Shown here one piece after another: positions 1 to 9,685 of a DNA stretch of 64,000 bases. Location: positions 2,074-66,073 of the forward strand of contig JAWKQS010000041.1 of assembly GCA_041389985.1 (NCBI GenBank), given 5' to 3'. The notes under the pieces were generated by a model. The model made no database searches, was not told where the DNA came from, and worked only from the letters and a program-made list of their open reading frames with translations. Within the stretch, counting starts at the first letter, position 1. Each line of letters starts with the position of its first letter. Position numbers and translations under genes: made by a program. The stretch comes from a bacterium (lineage in GTDB: Bacteria; Myxococcota_A; Bradymonadia; UBA7976; UBA1532).

Positions 1-1
1 G

Positions 2-643
2 CTGCGCCAGCTGGGGGCCGCCCGCGTGCCGGATCACGTGGCGCCGGGCCTCGCCCGCCTCCTGGCGGTGCTGAGCGCCCGGGCCGGGCTGCCGGTGCCC
101 CGCCTCTTTCTGGTTCCCCTGCCGGTCCCCCAGGCCCTGGCCATGGGCTCGGCCGACGCGCCCCTGGTGGCGGTGTCGCCCGCGCTCCTGGACCGCCTGA
201 CGCCTCGCCAGGTGGCGGCCGTGCTGGCCCATGAGCTGTCCCACCTGCGCCACGGCGATCTGCGGGTCATGCGCCTCGCTGACGCGGCCGTCGCCGTCAC
301 CGGGGGTCTCGCACGGCTGGGCCTGCTGGCTGGCATCATCGCCCTCATCGCAGGCGCGCCCATGCCGTTCTGGGTCCTCCTGCTGCTGTACCTGGCGCCG
401 TCGGGCATGGTGGCCCTGCGCCAGGCGCTGTCGCGGACCCGCGAGTTCGCCGCGGACGCGGGCGCCGCGCACCTGACGGGCGATCCCGCCGCCCTGGCCG
501 ATGCGCTGGAGGCGCTGGAGCGGCCGCACCGGGCGCGCTGGTGGTGGCAGCCGATGGCCCCCGCCGCCGAGCCGGAGGACTGGCTGAGCAGCCACCCGTC
601 CACGGCCGAGCGCGTCCGCCGCCTCCGCCTGCTCGCGGTCTGA
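2..643 (+). CDS. M48-family (HtpX-like) zinc metalloprotease, 5' end truncated by the window edge
   Basis: The frame is open from the window start. It has a HELSH (HExxH) zinc motif, a hydrophobic TM stretch (GLLAGIIALIAG...FWVLLLLYLAP) and a C-terminal SSHPSTAERV typical of M48/HtpX. GC3-rich codons. Confidence 0.75.
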   Translation: MRQLGAARVPDHVAPGLARLLAVLSARAGLPVPRLFLVPLPVPQALAMGSADAPLVAVSPALLDRLTPRQVAAVLAHELSHLRHGDLRVMRLADAAVAVTGGLARLGLLAGIIALIAGAPMPFWVLLLLYLAPSGMVALRQALSRTREFAADAGAAHLTGDPAALADALEALERPHRARWWWQPMAPAAEPEDWLSSHPSTAERVRRLRLLAV

Positions 644-668
644 TCCGCGCGCAACCCGCGGGCGTCGC

Positions 669-1259
669 GTGTATCCTCCCTCCTCGACGCCCCTGCCCTG
701 GAGGACTCCCGTGGACACCCTCGCCGCGATGCGCGCGCGCCGCACCGCCCACCGCTGGCAGCCGACCCCCGTCGACGACGCCGTGGTGGATCGCTGCCTC
801 GAGGCGGCGCACCAGGCGCCCTGCCACAAGCACACCTGGCCCTGGCGCTTCACCGTGGTCGGCCCCCAGGCCCGGGCGCGCATCACCGCCCTGGCCATCG
901 AGCTGAAGGCCGGCGGACGGCCGATGCACGACAAGCAGCGCGCCTTCCTCGTCAGCCAGTTCGGCAACCCGGGCGCCCTGGTGGTGGTCAGCCAGGTGGT
1001 GGCCGAGGACGCCGAGCGCGCCCGCGAGGACTACGCCGCCTGCGCCTGCGCCATCGAGAACATGATGCTCGCGGCGACCGCCCAGGGCCTGCACGCCAAG
1101 TGGTCGACCGGGGGGCTGACCCGGCACGACGACGTGCGCACGCTCCTTGGCCTCCCGGAGGGCGAGGAGGTCGTGGGCTTCGTCTGGCTGGGCGAGGCGA
1201 TGGAGCTGCCGTCGGTGAGCCGCCCCCCCGTGGCGGAGGTCACCCGGACCGTGCCCTGA
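669..1259 (+). CDS. nitroreductase family protein
   Basis: 196-aa ORF. An N-terminal RRTAHRW...PV and a central AIENMMLAATAQGLHAKW segment are typical of the nitroreductase fold. The exact start (GTG 669 or a downstream codon) is uncertain. Confidence 0.7.
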   Translation: MYPPSSTPLPWRTPVDTLAAMRARRTAHRWQPTPVDDAVVDRCLEAAHQAPCHKHTWPWRFTVVGPQARARITALAIELKAGGRPMHDKQRAFLVSQFGNPGALVVVSQVVAEDAERAREDYAACACAIENMMLAATAQGLHAKWSTGGLTRHDDVRTLLGLPEGEEVVGFVWLGEAMELPSVSRPPVAEVTRTVP

Positions 1260-1260
1260 G

Positions 1261-1917
1261 GTGGCCGACCCACGCGAGCCGGGCATCCTGACCGTCGCCG
1301 GGCGGTGCGAGCACGAGGGCGACCGCGTGAAGGGGTCGCGCTTCCTCGCCATCGTCGACGTGGCCGCTGGCGTGGACGATGCGCTCGCCCGGCTGGCCGA
1401 AGCCCGGGGCCGCTTCCCCGACGCGACGCACCACTGCTGGGCCTGGCGGGGCGATGGGCGAGACGCCTTTCGCTGGGGGGACGACGGCGAACCGGCCGGC
1501 TCCGCGGGTCGACCCATGCTGGCCGCCATCGACGGTCGGGGGCTCTCCCACACCGCGGTGATCGTCGTGCGCTGGTTCGGCGGCACGAAGCTCGGGGTCG
1601 GTGGGCTGGTGCGGGCCTACGGCGCCGCCGCCGCCGAGGTGATCGCCCGGGCGGGCGTCGTGTTCGAGCCCTTCACCACCGACCTGGACGTGACGTTCGA
1701 CTACGGGCTGTCGGGGGCGGTGCAGTCCGTCCTCACGGCCCATGGCCAGAGCCCGGTCGACGCGGACTATGGCGCGGAGGTGCGCCTGACGCTCCGGGTG
1801 GTTGATGCGGAAGTCGCCGGAATCAAAGCGGATATCGAGGAGCGCACCGCCGGGCGCGCGCGCTGTGTGCTGCGCCCCGGTCGAGGCCGCGTTTCCTCCG
1901 ACGCGGCGCCGCGGTAG
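1261..1917 (+). CDS. IMPACT/YigZ family (UPF0029) protein
   Basis: GTG start 2 nt after the previous stop. Motifs KGSRFLA, HHCWAW, DDGEPAGSAGRPML and VVRWFGGTKLGVGGLVRAY match the IMPACT N-domain signature. Confidence 0.8.
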   Translation: MADPREPGILTVAGRCEHEGDRVKGSRFLAIVDVAAGVDDALARLAEARGRFPDATHHCWAWRGDGRDAFRWGDDGEPAGSAGRPMLAAIDGRGLSHTAVIVVRWFGGTKLGVGGLVRAYGAAAAEVIARAGVVFEPFTTDLDVTFDYGLSGAVQSVLTAHGQSPVDADYGAEVRLTLRVVDAEVAGIKADIEERTAGRARCVLRPGRGRVSSDAAPR

Positions 1918-1944
1918 AGTCCGCGCCGGTCCAGTGGGAGCGCC

Positions 1945-3354
1945 ATGAAGCCGTCGGATCTCAAGGTCGACCGTCCCTGGTTGCCCGGCCCCCCCGCGGT
2001 GGCCCACGGGGTCGCAGGGGTGTGGATCAAGGGGGCCATCGGGGCGGCCGTGGGCGGTCTGTGCTGGATCGCGGGCTTCTCGACGCTGGCCGTCGTGGCG
2101 TGGGCGGTGGCGGGCACGGTGACGCTGGCCTCGGTGGCCTCTCCCGCCGCACGGCGCGCCCTCGATGGAGGCCTGGCCGCGCTGGGGCGGGGCATCGGCC
2201 GCGTGATGACCTGGGTGCTGCTCACGCCCCTCTTCCTGGTGGGCTTCACCATCGTGCGCGGCGTCCACCGGCTGAGCGGTCGTGACCCCCTGAACCTGCG
2301 CCCCTCGGAGGCGCCGTCCTACTGGATTCCGGCCGCCGAAGAGGCGCGCCGGGCGCGGCGCGTCCGCTCGCTCTTCGCCGCCGAGCCCCTCATCCACCGC
2401 GGCCGCCGCTGGCCCATGGCCCTCGCCGGGCTGCTGGCGCTCGCCCTGATCGCCGAGATCGCGTTGCGCTTCATGGGCTTCGGCGATCCGGTCCTGTACA
2501 TCGACGATCCCGTCGTCGGGTACTACCCGCAGCCGGACCAGGCGGTGAGCCGGCAGGGCAACCGCGTCGCCATCAATGCCTTCGGCATGCGCTCACGGCC
2601 GGTCAGCCGCGAGAAGCCGGCGGGCACGTTCCGGGTGCTCATCCTGGGCGACTCGACCGCCTTCGGGGGCTCCTACCTCGACCAGGACGCCATCTACCCC
2701 GCCCTCCTGGAGCGGCACCTCACGGCCCTGGCCGGGGGCCGCCCGGTCGAGGTCCTCAACGCGGGGGTGAACGGCTGGGGGCCGTTCAACGAACTCGCCT
2801 ATGTGCGTACTTTCGGGGACTTCGACGCCGATCTCGCCCTCATCGCGCTGCCGTACGGGGACGTCTTCCGTCCCCACGCCGGCCTGGTGACGAAGCCCTT
2901 CCCGAGCGCGGCCCACCCACCGACGCTCGCCCTCGAAGAGGTCGCCCTGCACCTGCTCTGGCGGGTGCGGACCTGGGCCGTCGGCAAGCCGTCGGCGGCG
3001 CAGCGGGCGGCCCAGGGTGCGCTGGGGGTCGCCGCCTACGCCGATCTCGCGCGGCTGCTGCGCGCGGGGGGCGCCGAGGTCCGGGTGGAGGTGCTCCCGA
3101 CGCCCGCGGCCGGCCTGCGCGGCGACGTCCGGGAGGAGGAGCGGCTGTTCGTCGATCGGCTGGTGGCGGAGGTGGGGGCGCCGGTTGGCTTCCCGGTCGG
3201 CCTGTTCGCCGAGGTGGCCGGCGCCTACCACGACTTCGTCCACCTGGCGGGGCCGGGCCACGTCCGCTATGCCGAGTGGCTGGCGGCGCGCATCTCGGCG
3301 GAAAGTCAACGATTCAAGGTGTTTACGGAGACGTCTCCGACGGGCCGCCGGTAG
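1945..3354 (+). CDS. membrane-anchored SGNH/GDSL-type hydrolase
   Basis: 469-aa ORF with several N-terminal TM helices followed by block I (VLILGDSTAFGG) and block III (NAGVNGWGP) of SGNH hydrolases. Confidence 0.6.
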   Translation: MKPSDLKVDRPWLPGPPAVAHGVAGVWIKGAIGAAVGGLCWIAGFSTLAVVAWAVAGTVTLASVASPAARRALDGGLAALGRGIGRVMTWVLLTPLFLVGFTIVRGVHRLSGRDPLNLRPSEAPSYWIPAAEEARRARRVRSLFAAEPLIHRGRRWPMALAGLLALALIAEIALRFMGFGDPVLYIDDPVVGYYPQPDQAVSRQGNRVAINAFGMRSRPVSREKPAGTFRVLILGDSTAFGGSYLDQDAIYPALLERHLTALAGGRPVEVLNAGVNGWGPFNELAYVRTFGDFDADLALIALPYGDVFRPHAGLVTKPFPSAAHPPTLALEEVALHLLWRVRTWAVGKPSAAQRAAQGALGVAAYADLARLLRAGGAEVRVEVLPTPAAGLRGDVREEERLFVDRLVAEVGAPVGFPVGLFAEVAGAYHDFVHLAGPGHVRYAEWLAARISAESQRFKVFTETSPTGRR

Positions 3355-3362
3355 CGCCCGCC

Positions 3363-4174
3363 TCAGAGGTTCAGGCCAGGGAGTCCGCCTGCCTTCTCGG
3401 CGGGGGCCGACTCGGGGGCCGACTCGGGGGCCGCCGGCTTCGGGCGGGTGGCCTGCGTGGCCACCTCGTTGTAGGTGAAGCGCTTCGCGGCCCGGTTCCA
3501 GGTGTAGACCTTCTTGGACCCGGCGCCGTCGAGGATGATCGCCTTCGCCCCCTCGTAGGTGCCCTTGCCCCAGCGCGCCGCGATCTCCAGGTCCTCGGGC
3601 GTCTTCACCTTCAGGTGGTCGGCGAAGATCTCCTGGGCCTCCGGGGAGCCCGCCTGGTAGCTGAAGATGCGCAGGCCGTGGTAGTCGCCCGAGCGCTCGT
3701 CGACGATCAGCTCGGGGGCGCCGTCGTCGTCCACATCCGCGCCGTCGAGGGTGATGAGCGCGGGCCCCGGGGCCATGGCCGACGCGCCGACGAGGGACAG
3801 CGCCGGCTTCCCGCGGCCGTCGGGCAACGCGATGGCGAGGAGCTGATCGACGACGGCCAGCCCGCCGCCGTCCTCGGCCACTTCGCCCGCAAACTCCTCA
3901 TCCACCTGCAGATACACCAGCGCACAGCCACCGGGGGACGGGCGGGCAGGGGGAGACGCCGGCCGGTCACGACCTTGTCGAACTCGGGGCCAGGCGGGCG
4001 GCCGAGATCCGCGGCGGCCACCTTGCAGGGATCCGGGCCCTCCGCCTTCCGGGTCTCTTCGGGGGCTGCGCCACAGCCGCCCAGCAAGGCGGCCAGGGGC
4101 AGGGCGGCCAGGGGCAGGGCGAGCAGGGAGAGCGACGTGCCAGGGGACCTCCGACGTGAGCGGCTGACAGTCAA
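3363..4174 (-). pseudogene. lipoprotein with an FG-GAP-like motif, apparent frameshift between signal peptide and body
   Basis: A TTG at 4174 opens MTVSRSRRRSPGTSLSLLALPLAALPLAALLGGC (lipobox) in one frame. The well-coding body (VYLQVDEE...DGADVDDDGAPELIVDE...) runs 3917->3363 in another frame. The switch lies around 3920-3990. Confidence 0.45.
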
Positions 4175-4287
4175 GCTCCGAACGCCCGCGCTGGCAAGTC
4201 CAGCGTCAGGGCACCAGGGCCGGTGCCCCCGGGCCACCCCGCGCTGCCCGGGCGTCACGGCGCGCCGACCGCCCAGCGTCCAGAACA

Positions 4288-5575
4288 TCACGTTGTCGGC
4301 GGTGCCCTGGCAGGCGGCACCCCGCGCCCCTGGCTGCCGCACTCGCTCGCGAAGACCACGCCGTCGCCGTCGCGATCGCAGGCCAGGGGGCACTCGGCGG
4401 TGTCGCGGATGGGATCGTGGCGATCCGCGAAGGGCTCGGTCGTGTGGTAGAGGCCCAGGCCATGCCCCAGCTCGTGGACGCCCAGATCGGCGACGGCCTG
4501 GGGGAAGTCGTCGAGCAGGGGGGACCGGATGGCGATCACCGCCGCGGCGACCCCCGGCAGGGCGAACGGCGCCGGGAGGCCACCCGAGAAGCCGCTCTGG
4601 CTGGTGCCTCCGTCCACGACATCCCCCATCACGTAGAGGGCGATTCCGCCTGACAAATCCGGTGGAGTGGCGGCCGCCAGGGCCTCCAGGCCGCCCAGGA
4701 TCGCCTCGGCGGGTGTCGAGGACGAGCTCGACCGGCGCGTCGGGGGCCAGGGCCCGCAGCGTCGCCTCGACGGGCACCCCGACCAGGTCCTCCAGGGCGG
4801 CCTCCAGCGCCAGCGCCATGCGCGCCAGGGCCGGGTCGTCCGCCGTGCGGCCCCCCGCCGGGGAAAGAGCACATCGACGGCCAGGAGCGGGCGCCCGCCT
4901 TCAGGAAGGCCTCCACCTCGACGGGGCCGGCCTCGGGGCCGGCGCTGACGACGCGGAGGGTGTACCGGCCCGGCGCGAGGGGAGGTCGTCGGCCCCCGGC
5001 CACAGGGCCACCGCGACCTCGGGGTTCAGGCTGGTCCGCCAGGGGCCGTCGCCGGGGAGGGCCCGTGTGCCGCCCCGAGGGTCCGTCGACCTCGACGATG
5101 GCGTACAGCCCGCCCGGCCGACCCGGGCCTGGACCAGCGCGCTGGTCGCCTCGGGGGGCACATCCAGCTCGAAGGGGACGTCGAGGACCTGGGGGCCGAG
5201 GCTCTGGTGGGCAGCCCAGCCGGCATCGAGCGTCGTGGCATCCAGGGGCTCCGCGTCCAGCGGGCCAGCGTCCGGCGGGCCAGCGTCCAGCGGGCCAGCG
5301 TCCGGCGGGCCAGCGTCCGGCGGGCCAGGGCGGGCGGCGTCGACCTCCGACGACCCGGCATCCAGGGCCTCGGGCGCCCGGGCGTCGGGTGGCTGGCCCC
5401 GGTCCGCCACCCCGCGGCCGCCGTCGGCCATGGGCCGGGTCGCGGGCTGCACATCACACGCGGCCAGCGCCATCAGCACGGCCATGGCGACCCCGCCCCA
5501 CCGCCTCCCGGGTCTCCCCACGCCGCCTCCTCGCCGCCTCCTCGCCGCTTCCACCCCGGTCCCGTCCCGTGGCAT
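4288..5575 (-). pseudogene. M43 (ulilysin/pappalysin-like) zinc metalloprotease lipoprotein, fragmented over all three minus-strand frames
   Basis: Signal/lipobox VAMAVLMALAAC, then PPDAG repeats (frame of ORF 4901-5602). YTLRVVSAGPEAGPVEVEAFLKAG sits in the frame of ORF 4629-5003. ALALEAALEDLVGVPVEATLRAL sits in the frame of 3707-4819. The catalytic HELGHGLGLYHTTE sits in the frame of 4288-4872. Confidence 0.5.
5252..5327. repeat. 15-nt tandem repeat (about 5 copies) encoding (P/L)DAGP pentapeptides on the minus strand
   Basis: Direct reading: cagcgtcc(a/g)gcgggc is repeated. It translates to PPDAGPPDAGPLDAGPPDAGPLDA within the M43-like gene. Confidence 0.85.
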
Positions 5576-5627
5576 GCTGTCCCGTGTGGCGCCGGGACTC
5601 AAGCGGCGTCACCTCGCGGGAGGGAAC

Positions 5628-5903
5628 ATGAAGCCGATTCATCTGATCGCCGGCCTGGGCGGGCTGGCCATCGTGGGCGTGGTGGTGTGGTACCTGCAGA
5701 TGGCGTCCTCGCTGCCCTATGAGACCACGACCCAGCGCGGCATCCCCGACGTCGCGGCCCCGGGCTCGGGCGCCCCCACGAGCGAGGCGCCGCCGACGGA
5801 GGCTGCGCCGTCGACGGAGGCCGCGGTCGTCAGCGACGCAGCGCCGGCGACCGCCGCGGCGCCCGACAGCGGCGCCGAAGCCCCGGCCACGGACGCCCTC
5901 TGA
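5628..5903 (+). CDS. small single-pass membrane protein with a Pro/Ala/Thr/Glu-rich tail (hypothetical)
   Basis: ATG at 5628 preceded by GGGAGGGAAC. MKPIHLIAGLGGLAIVGVVVWYL is a TM helix. This is the only credible part of the 875-aa track ORF 3276-5903. Confidence 0.5.
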   Translation: MKPIHLIAGLGGLAIVGVVVWYLQMASSLPYETTTQRGIPDVAAPGSGAPTSEAPPTEAAPSTEAAVVSDAAPATAAAPDSGAEAPATDAL

Positions 5904-5957
5904 GCTTCCCCGCGCCCGGCGCTGGCTTCGGCCGTCGGCGCTCCCTATGCTGCCCCC

Positions 5958-7516
5958 ATGGCACGTCTGCGCTCGCTCCTCGGTGGAGGCCTCGTCGTCC
6001 TCGCCCTGCTGCTGATCGGTGGGTCGTTCTGGTACCTGAACCGCCCGATCGTCCCCGCTGAAGCGCCCGTCGTCCCTGCGCCAGACCAGGGGCCGATCGC
6101 CGTGCGGCCCGGCCCCCCCGGCGAGGCTCGCGGGGAGCCCGACGCCGAGCCCGCGTCCTGGCCGGAGGACGCCCCCGCATCCTGCATGGCCGCGTGCATG
6201 ACCCCAGCGGGGCCCCGGTCGGGGGCGCGAGCATCCGCGTCGAGCGGGGGACGACGGTGGTAGCGCGCACCCGGAGCGGCGCCGACGGCCAGTTCACGCT
6301 GCGGGATGTGCCGGCCCGCCCCGAGGTCATCCGGGTCGAGGCCGAGGGCTATCGCCCCTTCGCGGACGCGCGGCCCACGCTCCCGCCGGGCCGGGATGTG
6401 CCCTACGACGTCGAGCTGGTGCCGGTGCCGGGACTACGCGGGCTGGTGCTGGCGGACGAGCAGCCCGTCAGCGGCGCGGTGGTGACGCTGCATGGGCTGA
6501 TTCGCCGGCCGCTGGGCTTCGCGCGCAGCGATGACGCGGGGCGGTTCTTCCTGCCGTGGGTCGACGGCGCCACGGCCGTGGCCGCCCAGCAGGCCCAGCA
6601 TGGGTCGGTGCGTGAGGCGGTGAGCGGCCCCGGCGACGTCGTGCTCCGCCTGCCTGCCGGCGGCTTCGTGTCCGGGCGGGTGGTCGACGAGGCGGGCCGC
6701 CCGGTCGAGGACTTCTCCATCAGCGCCTCGCCCCTCACCTGGGGCCGGGGGGGACCGCCTGCGCAGTCATTCTCCAGTGATGACGGGCACTTCCTGCTCG
6801 GCCCCCTGGCGGCAGGGCGGATGGAGATCTGGGCCGCCGCGGAGGGCTACCAGCCCGCTGAGCGGCGGGACGTCGACGTGAAGGCCGGCGAGACGGTCGA
6901 GGGGATCACGCTCACGCTGCGCACCTCGGTGGTGCTGGAGGGCCAGGTGACGGACGCCCGGACGGGCCGCCCGGTCGAGGGCGCGCAGGTCATCCCCGCC
7001 GAGTGGCGCTCGGGGGCGCTGGCGGAGGCCGTCGGCGCCTACACCGACGCCGACGGCCGCTACCGCCTCGACGCCCTGCCCGGGGTGCGCACGAGCATCC
7101 GGGTCAAGGCCGACGGCTACCGATCGGTGCTCATCGGGGGCGTGGAGGGCGCGCCTGGCAGCCGGATCGTGCGGGACTTCGCCCTCAACCCGCAGAGCCG
7201 CGACCAGATCCCCGGCAGCGAGCTGACGGGCGTCGGTGCCGTGCTGGCAGGTCACCCCGATGGGGTCCGCATCGGCCAGATCCTGCCCGGCGGCCCGGCG
7301 GAGGGGGCGCTGGCCGCGGGGGACGTGGTCGTCGCCGTCGACGGCGAGCCCATCAAGGGCAGCGACATGTCGAAGGTCGCCCAGGCCATCCGGGGCGAAG
7401 AGGGCTCAGAGGTGGAGCTGATGGTCCGCCGGGGTGGCGAGGGCGAGCCCGAGCGCGTCGTGCTGGTGCGCGGGCGCGTGACCGTGCCGGATCGGCACCA
7501 CATGCCGAGGAACTGA
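5958..7516 (+). CDS. membrane-anchored protein with CarboxypepD_reg-like repeats and a C-terminal PDZ domain; apparent -1 frameshift near 6172-6185
   Basis: The signal anchor MARLRSLLGGGLVVLALLLIGG is in frame 0. From about 6180 the body (ILHGRVHDPSGAPVGGASIRV..., repeated GRVVDxxGRPV / GQVTDARTGRPVEGAQV modules) is in frame 2. The PDZ motif is GVGAVL...GVRIGQILPGGPAEGALAAGDVVVAVDG. A stop at 6059-6061 closes frame 2 upstream. Confidence 0.6.
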
Positions 7517-7517
7517 C

Positions 7518-7850
7518 GTGGAAGCGGGCGAGTGGCGGGTCGTCCCGCTGGCCAGCGGCGAGCGCGGCGCGGTCCAGATCATCGCGGTCGACGGCCCGGT
7601 GGTGGGGATCCGGGTGGGCGCCGCCCGCTGGGGCTGTGATCCGGGGCCCCTCGACCTGGCGGGCCTCGACGTGGTCGCCGACCACGTCCCCGTGCTGGCC
7701 GCGCGGGTGGAGGGGCTTCCCCTCGTCGGCCGCACCGCCGTCCCTGCCGGCGCCCTGGACGGGGGCTACGCGCTGTGGGTCCAGGCCGGCCGGCGGCCGG
7801 TCGTGGACGCCCCCCTCGAGGTCGTGCTGGGGGCCCTGCTCGGCGACTGA
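7518..7850 (+). CDS. hypothetical protein
   Basis: GTG start 1 nt after the upstream stop, with GC3-rich codons. No recognisable motif. Confidence 0.4.
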   Translation: MEAGEWRVVPLASGERGAVQIIAVDGPVVGIRVGAARWGCDPGPLDLAGLDVVADHVPVLAARVEGLPLVGRTAVPAGALDGGYALWVQAGRRPVVDAPLEVVLGALLGD

Positions 7851-7901
7851 CGCCCACGCCGGGCGTTTGCCCGTTTACGCCGGCGTTCAACGGCGGTAAC
7901 G

Positions 7902-8540
7902 GTGGACAAACTGCGGGAGGGAGCGATGCGCTGCATCTTCGCCCATGGCTTCGAAGGCGTGCCCCAGGGCCGGAAGTTCCACTACCTGCGCGAGGCGCTG
8001 GGGCTGGAGGTGGAGGCGCCCTTCCTGCCGCGCAAGGGGTTCTCGCTGGAAGACCAGGTCGGTGTCCTGCTGGAGGCCATCGACGCGGACCTGACGCTCC
8101 GGCTCGCGGTGGGCTCGTCCATGGGGGCGCTGGCGCTCGCGGTGGCGGCCTCGCGGCGCCCGCATCGTGACCTCCGCCTGGTGCTGCTCGCGCCGGCCGT
8201 CGGCCTGCATGACGTCTGGGCCACCCAGCTCGGTGCCGACGGCATGGCCCTCTGGCAGGAGATGGGCCAGCTGCAGTACCGCCACCAAGGCGTCGGCCAG
8301 GAGGTCGGCCTCCCCTATGCGCTCTGGACCCAGTGTCGGGACGCCGCCGACGTCGCCGTCACCCACCCGGTCGTCATCCTCCACGGCCTCACCGACGACG
8401 TCATCCCCGTCGAGAACGCCCTCGCGCTGGCGCGGCGCTCGCCCGGGATCCGGCGGTTCGTCGCGGCTCCGGACGGCCACCGGCTGCTGGACTCCCTGCC
8501 GCTTTTGGGTGAGGCGACGCGACTTGTGCTGGCCGATTGA
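7902..8540 (+). CDS. alpha/beta hydrolase (YqiA/UPF0227-like esterase)
   Basis: IFAHGFEG start, nucleophile elbow GSSMGA, and ILHGLTDDVIP near the C-terminus. The start could also be the ATG at 7926. Confidence 0.6.
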   Translation: MDKLREGAMRCIFAHGFEGVPQGRKFHYLREALGLEVEAPFLPRKGFSLEDQVGVLLEAIDADLTLRLAVGSSMGALALAVAASRRPHRDLRLVLLAPAVGLHDVWATQLGADGMALWQEMGQLQYRHQGVGQEVGLPYALWTQCRDAADVAVTHPVVILHGLTDDVIPVENALALARRSPGIRRFVAAPDGHRLLDSLPLLGEATRLVLAD

Positions 8541-9550
8541 TCCCACCCCCCGCTGTGCGGTTGGATGACGCCATGCGGTGGCTCGACTTCGCGGCCCTCG
8601 GGGCTGCGGCGGATCGTCTGGATGAGCTGGTCGCGGTGACCGACGGCATCGATCGCTTCTGCACCAGCAGCCGGTGGTCGCTGCCGGCACAGCGCGCCTT
8701 CATGCCCGCCGCCGAGCCCTTCATCACGGAGTCCGCGGATGGCATCGTCGCTCTGATGACGGTCGTCCTCCCCGACGGTCGGCGGGTCGGGGTCCCCCTG
8801 GAGGCGAGCTGGGGCCTGGCCAGCCCGTTCGCCAGCGCCAGGCCGGGGGCCCTGGTCGGGCAGCTTCGCCGCATGCTGGAGAGTGACCGCGCGCCGGAGA
8901 GCCTGTACCTGTCGGGCGTCTCCCGGTCGGGGCCGTGGTTCGAGGAAGTCCTGCGCGGCTTCATGGGTCGTGCGCGCTTCGGCCTGGGCCGGTCCTGTGG
9001 GCGGCGGGTGGCCGACCTGCGGGGTGGCATCGAGCCCTGGCTGGCCTCGCGCTCCCCGCGCTTCCGGGCCAACCTGCGGCGCGCGGCCCGCCGCGCCGAG
9101 GATGTCGGCGTGCGCTTCAGCTGGCACCCCGACATCCCGGCGGAGGCCGTCCCCGGCATCTTCGACCGGATGATGGCGGTGGAAGGGCGAAGCTGGAAGG
9201 GCATCGCCGGGGTCGGGGTCCAGGAGGGCGAAGCCCGCGACTTCTATCGGGAAGTCGCGCTGCGCCTCGCCGCCTGCGGGGAGCTGCGCGTGCTCCTGGG
9301 TCGGCAGGGGGACGACGACGTGGTCTTCGTCCTCGGCGGGGTCTTCAAGGGCGCGTTCCGGGGCCTCCAGATGAGCTTCGACGACGGCCTGCGGGATCTG
9401 AGCCTGGGCAACATCGCTCAGTTCGAGACCATGAAGGCGCTCGCGGCCGAGGGCGTTGCGTCCTATGACCTGGGCACGGAGATGCCCTACAAGATGCGGT
9501 GGGCCCCCGAGGGCCTGGAGACCGTGACGCTGGCCCTCTTCCCCGATTGA
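8537..9550 (+). CDS. GNAT-type acetyltransferase, BioF2/CelD-like (Acetyltransf_6 architecture)
   Basis: 337-aa ORF. The C-terminal half (SWKG...FYREVA...LGGVFKGAFRGLQMSFDD...LSLGN...YDLG) resembles the FemAB/CelD-like GNAT family. The true start may be the ATG at 8573. Confidence 0.6.
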   Translation: MIPPPAVRLDDAMRWLDFAALGAAADRLDELVAVTDGIDRFCTSSRWSLPAQRAFMPAAEPFITESADGIVALMTVVLPDGRRVGVPLEASWGLASPFASARPGALVGQLRRMLESDRAPESLYLSGVSRSGPWFEEVLRGFMGRARFGLGRSCGRRVADLRGGIEPWLASRSPRFRANLRRAARRAEDVGVRFSWHPDIPAEAVPGIFDRMMAVEGRSWKGIAGVGVQEGEARDFYREVALRLAACGELRVLLGRQGDDDVVFVLGGVFKGAFRGLQMSFDDGLRDLSLGNIAQFETMKALAAEGVASYDLGTEMPYKMRWAPEGLETVTLALFPD

Positions 9551-9591
9551 GCGCCGGTCAGCGGCCTGCGCGGGCCGGGCGCTATTTTTTT
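9550..9591 (+). terminator. putative intrinsic terminator
   Basis: A GC-rich hairpin (AGCGCCGG...CCGGGCGCT with an inner CGGCC/GGCCG stem) is followed by A + T7 (9585-9591), directly after the GNAT stop codon. Confidence 0.6.
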
Positions 9592-9685
9592 CTCAATCTG
9601 ATCAGGCACTTCGAAAATAGTCTGCGACACGCGCCGCGACTGACCGAAGGGAAGAGAGGCCCCCACCACGCGGAGGACTCCCCCC

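Noticed and set aside
3276-5903. 875-aa plus-strand ORF, the longest in this region
   Set aside because: Arg/Pro/Gly/Ala-dominated translation typical of an out-of-frame or antisense reading of GC-rich genes. It is antisense to the FG-GAP lipoprotein and M43 protease genes, which carry real motifs. Only its last 92 codons (5628-5903, with their own ATG and RBS) look genuine.
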